In this document: piece by piece, positions 6,561-15,181 of the stretch | How the letters are laid out: every line of letters starts with the position of its first letter | Position numbering within the stretch: position 1 is the first letter of the stretch | DNA from: a virus | Lineage: Duplodnaviria; Caudoviricetes | Direction: 5' to 3' (one strand) | IMG/VR virus record: IMGVR_UViG_3300037504_000748 | Location: 1-59,722 of that record | DNA: 59,722 nt | Translations under genes and position numbers: made by a program | Notes under the pieces: generated by a model | What the model was told of the DNA's origin: nothing | Database searches by the model: none | The model's input: only the letters and a program-made list of their open reading frames with translations

Positions 6561-7049
6561 ATGGCCAAGGAGTACAAGAGCTTCGCAATCGGCGTCAGCA
6601 AAGCCAACAAGCGCAAGCACGAGGCCCTCACCGGGCTCGCCGACAAACTCGGCTGCAAGCCCAGCAATCTCGTCTGGCTCGCCATCGACAACCTGCTGCA
6701 GAACCCGCCTACCACCGCCCCTGCCGGCGCTGCTCCGAGCGTGGGTACCGCCAGCGGCTTCTGGGTCCGCCCCGTGATGGAAGATGGTCGCGCCGTCGAT
6801 GTCGAGATCGTCGAAGTCGCCAATCGCAGTGACGCCGAAGGCCGCACTTTCCTGCGCTACAAGAGCGGCGATGCCAAGCTGCGCAACCGCGCCCTCAACC
6901 AGGCCAAGCGCGCCGCGGCCTTCGACTGCCAGATGCTGGGCATCGAGTTCGATGAAGACAACATCCTTCTGCTCGACATCCCCGAGGAGGACGCCGATAC
7001 TGAGGACGCCGATACTGAGGGCGCCGATGCTGAGGACGCCGGCGAGTAA
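6561..7049 (+). CDS. Putative DNA-binding protein (ribbon-helix-helix-like N-terminus, acidic repeat tail)
   Basis: AAGGAG RBS; upstream TTGCCA...TATACT promoter at about 6464; tandem 15-nt repeats encode DADTE. Confidence 0.6.
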   Translation: MAKEYKSFAIGVSKANKRKHEALTGLADKLGCKPSNLVWLAIDNLLQNPPTTAPAGAAPSVGTASGFWVRPVMEDGRAVDVEIVEVANRSDAEGRTFLRYKSGDAKLRNRALNQAKRAAAFDCQMLGIEFDEDNILLLDIPEEDADTEDADTEGADAEDAGE

Positions 7050-7081
7050 GGTTTAGAGCCTACTGCCCCTCGACACAACAT

Positions 7082-7117
7082 AAGCCTACCCGTTTCAACG
7101 GGTAGGCTTTCTTTTTT
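7082..7117 (+). terminator. Rho-independent terminator
   Basis: AAGCCTACCCGT-loop-ACGGGTAGGCTT followed by a T-rich tract. Confidence 0.85.
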
Positions 7118-7154
7118 CATCGCCCACCACACGAACCTTATCAAGGAGGTCGTA

Positions 7155-7901
7155 ATGACCACAGCTCTCGTTGTCCTCAGCGGCGGACAGGATTCTACTA
7201 CTTGCCTCGCCTGGGCACTCGCCGAGTTCGACACAGTACACTGTATCTCATTCGACTATGGCCAACGCCACGCTATCGAGCTCGAAAGCGCTAAGCAAGT
7301 CGCTAAACTGGCAGGCGTCTCTGAAGAGCGCCATCACTTCATCAAGGTTACTGCTCTTGCCGAGATCGGTGGAGCTGCTATGCTTGCCGGTGTCGCTCCA
7401 AAGGAAGGCGAAACGGTTGGTTCAGAAACCAGTTCTGGTTTGCCCAACACCTTCCTGCCCGGCCGCAACCTGATCTTCCTGACGCTCGCTAGTGCGCTGG
7501 CATACAAGCTCGGGATCAGCGACCTTGTCACAGGTGTCTGCCAGACCGATTACTCAGGGTATCCTGATTGCCGTCTCGAAACCATACAGCAACTCGAGCA
7601 CGCAATTACCTTGGGCATGTCCTACGACATCAACATCCATACGCCTCTCATGGACCTTACCAAAGCTGAAAGCGTCGATCTAGCGATGGAGCTGGCCATA
7701 GCGTTCGGCTCTGATGTCCCTGTGCAACAAATGCTCGCACACAGCCACACCTGCTATAACGGCCTGTTCCCTCCCTGTGGTGCCTGCCCGGCTTGTGAGC
7801 TGCGGCTTATGGGCTTCAAGGAGGCGGGCGTAGTCGACCCTGTTCTCACGCGCGCGTTCACGGATAAGGGCGAAAACATCCCCGAGAAGTACAACATTTA
7901 A
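7155..7901 (+). CDS. queC: 7-cyano-7-deazaguanine synthase
   Basis: SGGQDS PP-loop, YGQRH, PGRN, GYPDC, and C-terminal TCY...CGACPAC zinc motif. Confidence 0.95.
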   Translation: MTTALVVLSGGQDSTTCLAWALAEFDTVHCISFDYGQRHAIELESAKQVAKLAGVSEERHHFIKVTALAEIGGAAMLAGVAPKEGETVGSETSSGLPNTFLPGRNLIFLTLASALAYKLGISDLVTGVCQTDYSGYPDCRLETIQQLEHAITLGMSYDINIHTPLMDLTKAESVDLAMELAIAFGSDVPVQQMLAHSHTCYNGLFPPCGACPACELRLMGFKEAGVVDPVLTRAFTDKGENIPEKYNI

Positions 7902-7905
7902 GGGG

Positions 7906-7933
7906 TTGCTTTTTCAGAGTCTGACCCTATAAT
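7906..7933 (+). promoter_or_regulatory. sigma70-type promoter TTGCTT-16-TATAAT
   Basis: Consensus-like boxes preceded by GGGG, as in the early promoter family. Confidence 0.65.
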
Positions 7934-8006
7934 TTAGACTCGGTAGGCGCGTTGCCTATTTCGCGTGTGCGGCGCGCCTGCCTTATTTCCTTCTCAATGA
8001 GGAACT

Positions 8007-8432
8007 ATGAAAACCATCAACGAGCATATCCGCGACCACCTGTTCTCCCAATCACTGGTCGAAGAACATGGTGACAGCCTCCGCCCCGTCAAGCAAGAGC
8101 AAGCGCGAGCACCCTTCCCGGCTGCAGCTGTGCTCAAGCTATGGAAAACGGAATGGGTCCCCGAGTTCGAATGCTACATGCGCAACCGTTTCGTTATGGG
8201 CGCTTTGCGATACGGGACAATGGCGGAAAACAAAGCCCGTAGAACTCCCTACGATCGCGTTTCCAGCATGATCAAACGGTTGCAATCCTATCGGGCGAGC
8301 GGCAATCTTGAGCACCTGGTTGACGTGGCCAATCTGGCTATGCTCGAATTCGACCAGACTATTCACCCACAGGCCCACTTCGAGGCTCTGGACGGCGATC
8401 GCCGTATAGGCACAGAAAGACATCCATCATGA
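8007..8432 (+). CDS. Putative all-alpha dNTP pyrophosphohydrolase (MazG-like / dATP-dGTP diphosphohydrolase-like)
   Basis: GALRYG...SSMIKRL...GNLEHLVDVANLAML pattern; located between queC and thyX. Confidence 0.45.
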   Translation: MKTINEHIRDHLFSQSLVEEHGDSLRPVKQEQARAPFPAAAVLKLWKTEWVPEFECYMRNRFVMGALRYGTMAENKARRTPYDRVSSMIKRLQSYRASGNLEHLVDVANLAMLEFDQTIHPQAHFEALDGDRRIGTERHPS

Positions 8433-9049
8433 AGGTCGTTCCCCAGTCCGCCACCCTGCTCCATATCACTGAAGACGCCAGCCGTCTCATTGAGCGAGCT
8501 GGTCGTGTATGCTATAAGTCGGAAGACAGAATTTGCGAGGGCTCTGACGAGCGGTTGATCAACGGGACTCTTTGCGCCCGTGGTCACCTGTCTGTGCTCG
8601 AGCATGCCACCGCCACTTTCCTTTTCGTGACCGACCGAGGCGTCTCTCATGAGCTGGTGCGTCATCGTATCGCCGCCTACAGTCAAGAAAGTACTAGATA
8701 CTGCAATTACGGCAAAGACAAATTCGGCCAGGAAATTACCGTCATCGAGCCTCCTTTCATGACCGAGAAAGGTGCAATGTTGTGGCAGGGTACGATAGAG
8801 GAGACCGAGTCGAGCTATCTTGCCATGCTCGAAGCTGGTGAGCCTCCTCAGATCGCCCGCAGTGCGCTGCCTACCTGCCTCAAAACCGAAATCGTAGCGA
8901 CCATGAATTTTCGCCAATGGTTGCACGTGATCGAACTTCGCACGTCGTCCGCTGCCCATCCTCAGATCCGCGAACTCATCGGCATGGCCGCTGATCAACT
9001 GGCTGCGTCCTGCCCGATTATCTTCGCCTCAGCCGAGCGTACCGACTAA
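8429..9049 (+). CDS. thyX: Flavin-dependent thymidylate synthase
   Basis: HLSVLEH, ELVRHRIAAYSQESTRY, AR..LP, NFRQW, AHPQIR motifs. Confidence 0.95.
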   Translation: MKVVPQSATLLHITEDASRLIERAGRVCYKSEDRICEGSDERLINGTLCARGHLSVLEHATATFLFVTDRGVSHELVRHRIAAYSQESTRYCNYGKDKFGQEITVIEPPFMTEKGAMLWQGTIEETESSYLAMLEAGEPPQIARSALPTCLKTEIVATMNFRQWLHVIELRTSSAAHPQIRELIGMAADQLAASCPIIFASAERTD

Positions 9050-9405
9050 TGAACATCGATAAGTTTGAACACCTATTCGACCAAGCTATAAGAAACCCGC
9101 TGCTGCATCAGCCATGGCCGTCACGCTCGGGTTGGTATCTTTTCATGAGTGACGGCACGTGGCACATGGTGTATTTCTATGCACGGAAAGGCGTCAGGCG
9201 CCCGCGTGGAACCGCCCTGAAATCCCCCAAGCACTGGCGCAACGGCAAGTTCTGTCGCCTGCTCGGACCAGGTGTTCTGAGGGAGCTCGACAAGCTATGC
9301 ACAATCATACTGATAACTGACCGTTCAGCGTACGGTATTTGTCTCGCGATTGAGAGCGCCCTACACGAGAACCTTTCACCCAATAACCGTAACATGGACC
9401 GATAG
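9049..9405 (+). CDS. Hypothetical protein
   Basis: 118 aa ORF coupled to thyX (TAATG). Confidence 0.6.
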   Translation: MNIDKFEHLFDQAIRNPLLHQPWPSRSGWYLFMSDGTWHMVYFYARKGVRRPRGTALKSPKHWRNGKFCRLLGPGVLRELDKLCTIILITDRSAYGICLAIESALHENLSPNNRNMDR

Positions 9406-9412
9406 GAGTATC

Positions 9413-9814
9413 ATGGCTGACATCACACAAGATCCCGATCGTATCAAGCGTGACTTCCTCAGGGAACTGGAGGAGAAGGTCGCTGTCGCCTACGAGTTCA
9501 AACAATTCATGGTCATGGTGCGCACTAACGTCTTTGTGCCTCTGCATCTGCTAACACCTGTCGGCGCCCGGTGCATGGCGGTCGCCCGTGCTCTCGAGTT
9601 TATCGACACCGTCGTCGAAAAGGATCAGGGCGAAGACGTAGAGTTGATCATCCTCACCGTGCTGGGTAAATCTGTCATGAACTCTGTCGGCGATATGTGG
9701 CAAATGGACATCGTCGACGAGCTAAATGCCGGCGGTGATATCGACATGATCGCACATGGCCAGGAAGGCTATGACGAATACGGCAATCAACTTCCGATAA
9801 AGGATACACCATGA
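9413..9814 (+). CDS. Hypothetical protein
   Basis: AGGAG RBS before ATG 9413. Confidence 0.7.
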   Translation: MADITQDPDRIKRDFLRELEEKVAVAYEFKQFMVMVRTNVFVPLHLLTPVGARCMAVARALEFIDTVVEKDQGEDVELIILTVLGKSVMNSVGDMWQMDIVDELNAGGDIDMIAHGQEGYDEYGNQLPIKDTP

Positions 9815-10023
9815 ACAAGCCTCATGAACAAGCGATTTTCCTATTGCAAGAACGTATCAAGCGACTGCAATCCGGGATTGGTCGGGCGAAAGCCCTCGGG
9901 CGTATTCCGTACAAGACGGACAAGTCTATCAGTCTCGGTGAATACATTTGCCTGTGCCAGGAAAATATCCAGGAGGTGCTCGACAGCATCAAGGCTCTGA
10001 AAAAGGCCCAACGAGATGGATGA
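9811..10023 (+). CDS. Hypothetical protein
   Basis: 70 aa, ATGA coupling. Confidence 0.65.
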   Translation: MNKPHEQAIFLLQERIKRLQSGIGRAKALGRIPYKTDKSISLGEYICLCQENIQEVLDSIKALKKAQRDG

Positions 10024-10318
10024 TTGTAGCATTGGATGTCACGTTGACTGCCCAGATGGAGAGATGTTCCTACGAATGCTACGTCTCGGCGAGGACACGG
10101 CTGATCATCAGGAGCAAAAACTACTGGACGAGCAGCTCGCTGAGTCCGCGGGTTACATCGAGATCGCTGACGACGAAGAAGACCACTCGTGCGGTCTCAA
10201 CACGGACGAAGAAGAAGAGCCGCATAACACTCTCCTCGACGAGAACGGCATGAGTGAGGTGGGCTGGGCCGACCTTTGGATTCAAAGATTTGAAGATGAT
10301 GAGGTGGATGATGGATGA
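10016..10318 (+). CDS. Highly acidic hypothetical protein
   Basis: 100 aa, D/E-rich, overlaps its neighbours in operon fashion. Confidence 0.6.
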   Translation: MDDCSIGCHVDCPDGEMFLRMLRLGEDTADHQEQKLLDEQLAESAGYIEIADDEEDHSCGLNTDEEEEPHNTLLDENGMSEVGWADLWIQRFEDDEVDDG

Positions 10319-11351
10319 TTCGCTACTACCACTCACCAAGTTCGATATTGGCAAACCACTCAAAGCGTCGAACGATGTGCTACCTCTCAACCACCCCGAC
10401 ATCCCTTACCCAAGAGGGATGGTCAGCTCGCCGAAAATCGACGGCAATCGTGGCATGGCGATATGCGGTCGACTTCTATCATCGTCTGGCAAGGAACCTC
10501 GCAATGAACGGTTCCACCGACGGTTTGCTGCGCTTCGCGGGTTCGTAGCTAAATACGATATCATGCTGGACTACGAGGTGTACGCTCCGTCTCTAGCGCA
10601 TCACGCCGAGCTGTCAGGAGTGCTCAACTCGTATGATCAACCGTTGCCCGATGATTTGGCTCTCTACGTGTTCGATGGGTGCTTTCGAAACCAGTACTTG
10701 AACCAGTGCCAGGACACTCCTTTTCGGCAGCGCATTGATATGTACCACTCGTTCGTTGTGGCTCTGGACGACCCGTCCGTACGTGCCGTAACTCAGCGGC
10801 GAGTATGTGACGCGCAGCATGCCTCAGATTTGTTCAATCAAGACATTGCAAACGGGTTGGAAGGCTCGATGCTCAGAGCCCTTGATATCTGGGCAGGGCA
10901 ACGTGGGCCCTGTGGCGGATGGTATAAACACGGTCGAGCCACCAACAAACAGGGTATCATCTACAAGGCCAAGCTGTATGCGACCCATGACGGGCGCATT
11001 ACTGAGGTCGTTCAGAGGCGTGAGCTCAAGCCGGACTACCCACGTGAAAGAAACGAGTTTGGCGACTTGAAAGGCACCTACCCTAACGACGCATACACCC
11101 TGATCGAGGAAGCTGGTGCATTCCGCGTGGAATACGACGATCCTAAGACAGGTCAAACACAATCCTGTCTCTTAGGGTGGGGCAAAGGTTTTCCGCGCCT
11201 AGATCGCGTAGGATTTTGGCGAGAACGCGATAACTTGCTAGGTAAATGGGTGGAATTCAGTCATATGCCCCACGGGGCCGCGTCAGGGGGAAAGGCTCGC
11301 CATGGCCGCCTGATTCGATTCCGTGAAGATCTCGAAGGACAATCACAATGA
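10311..11351 (+). CDS. ATP-dependent DNA ligase
   Basis: KIDGNR (motif I), LYVFD, LEGSMLR, YKHGR, KAK, C-terminal OB domain. Confidence 0.9.
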   Translation: MDDSLLPLTKFDIGKPLKASNDVLPLNHPDIPYPRGMVSSPKIDGNRGMAICGRLLSSSGKEPRNERFHRRFAALRGFVAKYDIMLDYEVYAPSLAHHAELSGVLNSYDQPLPDDLALYVFDGCFRNQYLNQCQDTPFRQRIDMYHSFVVALDDPSVRAVTQRRVCDAQHASDLFNQDIANGLEGSMLRALDIWAGQRGPCGGWYKHGRATNKQGIIYKAKLYATHDGRITEVVQRRELKPDYPRERNEFGDLKGTYPNDAYTLIEEAGAFRVEYDDPKTGQTQSCLLGWGKGFPRLDRVGFWRERDNLLGKWVEFSHMPHGAASGGKARHGRLIRFREDLEGQSQ

Positions 11352-11572
11352 ACGCAGACAAGGCAAAACGATGTGCGCGCTGGGCGCATTCCCTGTGGCC
11401 TCGCATAGCTTCACTGGCTGAACAAGCAGGGGGCTTCCGGGCCCTCGAAAGACATCTGCACGTCGCAATCGGCTCCTTCAATCGGTACAATCTCGGCGAG
11501 AGCGTACCTACGAATGCTACTCTCGACAAGATCGAGCAAGGTCTCGACAACATAGCCAACGGAGAGACATAA
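11348..11572 (+). CDS. Small HTH-like DNA-binding protein
   Basis: 74 aa; GGFRALERHL...SFNRYNLGESVP...TLDKI resembles an XRE/Cro-type HTH. Confidence 0.5.
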   Translation: MNADKAKRCARWAHSLWPRIASLAEQAGGFRALERHLHVAIGSFNRYNLGESVPTNATLDKIEQGLDNIANGET

Positions 11573-12111
11573 TGATACACATATATACGGATGGTAGCGC
11601 CTCGCGCATAGGTGTGACCTGCTACGGCGGGTGGGCCGCTCTGCTCATCGACGACGACGACAACGCACTGATGCTAGGACAAGGCGTCAGAGACACTACC
11701 AACAACCGAATGGAGCTGACAGCAATTGCTGAAGGACTCGAAGCGATGATCCGTTCAGAGCTCGTACGTGTGTTCTCTGACTCCCAGTACTGTGTTCGGT
11801 CCATCAACGAGTGGATCAACGGTTGGCGGAAGAGAGGCTGGGCAAAGGCTGACGGGGGTCGTGTCAAAAACATCGATCTGATGGAGCGTCTTTTCGAACA
11901 AAAAACACGCCTGACAGTCGACGCAAAGTGGATTAAAGGGCACAACGGCCACAGGTATAATGAGGCCGTCGACGAGTGGGCTGTTTTTATGCGCTATGCC
12001 GCGGGCGACGCGGGCGACACATTGGACACGGAGACGATCCGCGGTCCTCTGGATTATGTTCTCGGCGAGGTCGACTACCAAATTACGACGCATGAGATAC
12101 ACCGCGGTTAG
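11572..12111 (+). CDS. rnhA: Ribonuclease HI
   Basis: IYTDGS, TTNNRMELTA, SDSQY, W...GW, KN.DL, WIKGHNGH..NE..D. Confidence 0.95.
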   Translation: MIHIYTDGSASRIGVTCYGGWAALLIDDDDNALMLGQGVRDTTNNRMELTAIAEGLEAMIRSELVRVFSDSQYCVRSINEWINGWRKRGWAKADGGRVKNIDLMERLFEQKTRLTVDAKWIKGHNGHRYNEAVDEWAVFMRYAAGDAGDTLDTETIRGPLDYVLGEVDYQITTHEIHRG

Positions 12112-12113
12112 CT

Positions 12114-12257
12114 ATGAGATACTGCGTTGCATGTCTACTTGGTCTTGCTCTCTCAGGGTGCTACATGCGCCCCAGCAGTGAAACGGTGCTTGAGCAAGAG
12201 GCGTTTCAGCAGTCGTACCGCGCCGACCGGCCTTTTTACACTCTGTACGAGAGATAA
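12114..12257 (+). CDS. Small lipoprotein (47 aa)
   Basis: Read manually: MRYCVACLLGLALSGC|YMRPSSE... with an LSGC lipobox; fills the gap between rnhA and the next gene. Confidence 0.65.
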   Translation: MRYCVACLLGLALSGCYMRPSSETVLEQEAFQQSYRADRPFYTLYER

Positions 12258-12259
12258 CA

Positions 12260-12655
12260 ATGGGTGACCCCTCTTCGAACACAATCGACGCCGAGCAAGT
12301 CTTCAAAGAAATGAAACGACTGCAGGAGGCGGTGCAGCACTTCATAGACATGATCCACGGTCTAGCCAAAAACGACGACCACGCTCTGGATTTATACGAT
12401 GCGGTGCAGAAGATCAATGTCAGTGCTGCATTATTAGGTCAGGCGGCCGCAAATTGCACGCGACAGCCTGTTGAGAGCGATGCCATACTCGAAGCGCTGC
12501 TGGCATGGATGGCTCAACTATACAGGGTCATTGAACAACCAGTGCCAACCTACTCAGCGGCCGTAGTGTTATACAAGTTCCTGCGCTCTTCCAAGGAAGA
12601 CACAGAGCTGCTTGTGCGCCGCCTCACAGGTCAACCGTTGGATTCTTTTCAATGA
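12260..12655 (+). CDS. Hypothetical protein
   Basis: 131 aa ORF within the operon. Confidence 0.7.
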   Translation: MGDPSSNTIDAEQVFKEMKRLQEAVQHFIDMIHGLAKNDDHALDLYDAVQKINVSAALLGQAAANCTRQPVESDAILEALLAWMAQLYRVIEQPVPTYSAAVVLYKFLRSSKEDTELLVRRLTGQPLDSFQ

Positions 12656-14031
12656 CCGATCAACTGAAGCCGTATCAAGACACTCTTTCTAAACGGGTAC
12701 GCAGAGATCGTAGTCTGATCAGCTTACGGTATGGTGCCGGCAAGACATGGGTTGCTCTCATAGCGATACAACGGTTGATATCGACCCTGGGAGATCGCGA
12801 CTATGGATGTGCCGCGCTCTGGTTCACTAAAAACCGTCTTGCGGGCACAGCTGTTGACGAAATCCTCAAACGCAGTTCATACCTTCCGGAGAAATGGGAA
12901 GATATGGACGGACCTCCGCAACCTTATTCCATTGTTGTTATTCCGCATACATGGATCCGTACCCGCACCAAAGAAATCAAACAGCTTATCCTTCATCACA
13001 AACCCGCATGCGTGACTTTCGACGAGTCCACCAAAATCAAATCCCCGAGTACCAAGATAAGTACAGAGCTCCACAAACTTGCCGGAGTACATCAGACCGC
13101 GGTACCTAAGGGACTTCGTCTGTGTCTGACTGGCAACCCCTGTCCAGAAGGGCCGCACGAATTTTGGTCCCAATTCCAGTTCCTCTATACATATGGAAAT
13201 CCTCTTGGCAATACTTATTACCGCTTTCTCAAAAAGTGGTTTATCCAGCTCGACCATGATAGGGTTTTGAACGCGCTTACCAGGAAACGGTTCTGGGAGA
13301 CTGTCAAGAAGCATACGCTCTACATGAACAAGGCTGAGTGGGCAGAGTATAAGAGAGAGTATGGTCTCGAAAAGAATTATGTCACTCTCACCTATACCCC
13401 GTCCGCAGAGCAGATCAAGCTTATGAAGCAGTTGCAGAATGAGTGGTCGCTACCAACCGGGGATGGAGGTGACGAAGAATGGTACGACTACTCGTTGACA
13501 GTGGGTGCTAAGGCGCTACAAATATCCAACGGCTTTTACTATTCAGAAGAGAGGGAAGTTGTATATCTCAAATCATCCCCCAAGGCCGACCTTCTCTGCG
13601 GCACGCTGGAAGACTTGCTCAATGAGGCTTCTCGCCAAGTCATCGTGTGGTTTCATTACGACGCAGACCGCCGTATGCTCATCCAGAAGATGCAACGCTT
13701 TATCGAATACGGGATCGCTATCGGTCCATCAGAAGAGGAGCTTCATAGGTTCGAGCGCGGGGAAGCGCGTATCATTCTCATGCCGGTCACAGTTTCAGAG
13801 GGCTTCAACGAACTTGTTGTTGCAGACACACAGATCTTTTTCACCAACACCTACTCCCAAGAGATGCGCGATCAGGCCGAGCATAGAATCGATCGTCTAT
13901 CCCAGCAATCGCCAACGGTCACGTATATCGATCTCGTGGGCGAAGGGATGCGGGACGACGAAATGCGTATCGCCGTAGCAGCTAAAAACCCTGAACTGAT
14001 CGCGCACGCAGTGCGGTCAATACTACCCTAG
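12652..14031 (+). CDS. SNF2/SF2-type helicase
   Basis: YGAGKT, TFDES, LTGNP, EGFN, QAEHRIDR motifs. Confidence 0.85.
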   Translation: MTDQLKPYQDTLSKRVRRDRSLISLRYGAGKTWVALIAIQRLISTLGDRDYGCAALWFTKNRLAGTAVDEILKRSSYLPEKWEDMDGPPQPYSIVVIPHTWIRTRTKEIKQLILHHKPACVTFDESTKIKSPSTKISTELHKLAGVHQTAVPKGLRLCLTGNPCPEGPHEFWSQFQFLYTYGNPLGNTYYRFLKKWFIQLDHDRVLNALTRKRFWETVKKHTLYMNKAEWAEYKREYGLEKNYVTLTYTPSAEQIKLMKQLQNEWSLPTGDGGDEEWYDYSLTVGAKALQISNGFYYSEEREVVYLKSSPKADLLCGTLEDLLNEASRQVIVWFHYDADRRMLIQKMQRFIEYGIAIGPSEEELHRFERGEARIILMPVTVSEGFNELVVADTQIFFTNTYSQEMRDQAEHRIDRLSQQSPTVTYIDLVGEGMRDDEMRIAVAAKNPELIAHAVRSILP

Positions 14032-14040
14032 GAGAATCAC

Positions 14041-14634
14041 ATGTACACGGTCAAGAAATCGATTGACATCGACTTCGCCCATCACGTTGATGGTCATCTC
14101 GGCCCTTGCATCAACATTCACGGTCACACCTGGAAGTTTGAACTCGAGGTGGAAGCAGAGGAGCTAGATGAGCACGGGTTCGTCATTGACTTTGGCGACC
14201 TCAAACGTGAAGTGCTGCAGCCTGTCCATCAAATGCTCGATCACGGTCTTCTGATCAGCGAAGCGACTATCGCTATGTGCAGCGCCTCTCTCACCCAACT
14301 CGGAAGGGTGCTCACCAACACCCGTAATAGCGAAGACGTGGCCGCACTCGAGAGGATAGGCGCAGAGACCAACCGTTGGTTGTTTCGTAGCGCACGGGTA
14401 AACTCCACTGAAGAAGGTTTGAATGGTGCTTACGACGTCGATATGGGAGGTATGAAGGTTATTATTTTCCCGCAAGCACCTACTTCAGAACGCATCGCCC
14501 GTTGGCTTGCTCGTTTGGCAGATAAACGTCTGGTACAGTCCGGCCGCTATGTCAATCTCTATTACATCACCGCATCCATTTACGAGACTATGCACCCCGT
14601 CAATTCGGTCGCCTCTTACCGCTTACTTGTGTAA
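14041..14634 (+). CDS. queD: 6-carboxy-5,6,7,8-tetrahydropterin synthase
   Basis: FAHH, CINIHGHTW, VIDFGDLK, LDH, PTSERIA, YET; carries a central insertion. Confidence 0.9.
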   Translation: MYTVKKSIDIDFAHHVDGHLGPCINIHGHTWKFELEVEAEELDEHGFVIDFGDLKREVLQPVHQMLDHGLLISEATIAMCSASLTQLGRVLTNTRNSEDVAALERIGAETNRWLFRSARVNSTEEGLNGAYDVDMGGMKVIIFPQAPTSERIARWLARLADKRLVQSGRYVNLYYITASIYETMHPVNSVASYRLLV

Positions 14635-14720
14635 GCAATTCGTTCGGAATACTGGAAAAATAAGACTTGATCTTGGTTTTCAGTGGTTACAATTATTGAT
14701 CCATCTTGAAGGAGCCCACA

Positions 14721-15173
14721 ATGGACCAGCTGCCAAAGGGCGAAATCCCCGACATCAATGAGGACGAAGAGGATATGCTCTCCGGTCTCAACTTGGATCT
14801 GCTCGCCGAAGATGCAGACGCAGACGCAGACGAAACACCTGAACCCCCTTCTTTTAGAAGACGCTTCTTCCGAGGGGAGTTTGTGCCTTTGACCAATTAT
14901 CCTGAAGGCGTAACCGAAGCATCGACTGCTGATGAGGGGGAAGAAACTACTCCCCTTGCTGATTGCGTAGTACCGGATAAGGAGGCTGACAAGAAGACTG
15001 AAATCTTCTACATTGGTCACGAGCGTACTCGCAAAGAATTTCGTGCCTTCGTCAACAAGAACCATCTCAATAAGTCACGCATCGTGACTCAGCTGCTCGC
15101 TGCTTTTATGAAAGGAGGAGTCACCCGTGACGGGCGCGTTGAAGTGCCGTCTTGTTTGATCGATCTACGTTAG
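14721..15173 (+). CDS. Hypothetical protein (acidic N-terminus, RHH-like C-terminus)
   Basis: AAGGAG RBS; NKSRIVTQLLAAF. Confidence 0.6.
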   Translation: MDQLPKGEIPDINEDEEDMLSGLNLDLLAEDADADADETPEPPSFRRRFFRGEFVPLTNYPEGVTEASTADEGEETTPLADCVVPDKEADKKTEIFYIGHERTRKEFRAFVNKNHLNKSRIVTQLLAAFMKGGVTRDGRVEVPSCLIDLR

Positions 15174-15181
15174 GAAGAAGT

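Noticed and set aside
6987-7046. 15-nt tandem repeat
   Set aside because: It simply encodes an acidic low-complexity tail (DADTE repeats)
12143-12199. Possible three-way-junction ncRNA or riboswitch
   Set aside because: The segment lies within a well-fitting lipoprotein ORF and does not match the preQ1 or ribozyme consensus sequences I know
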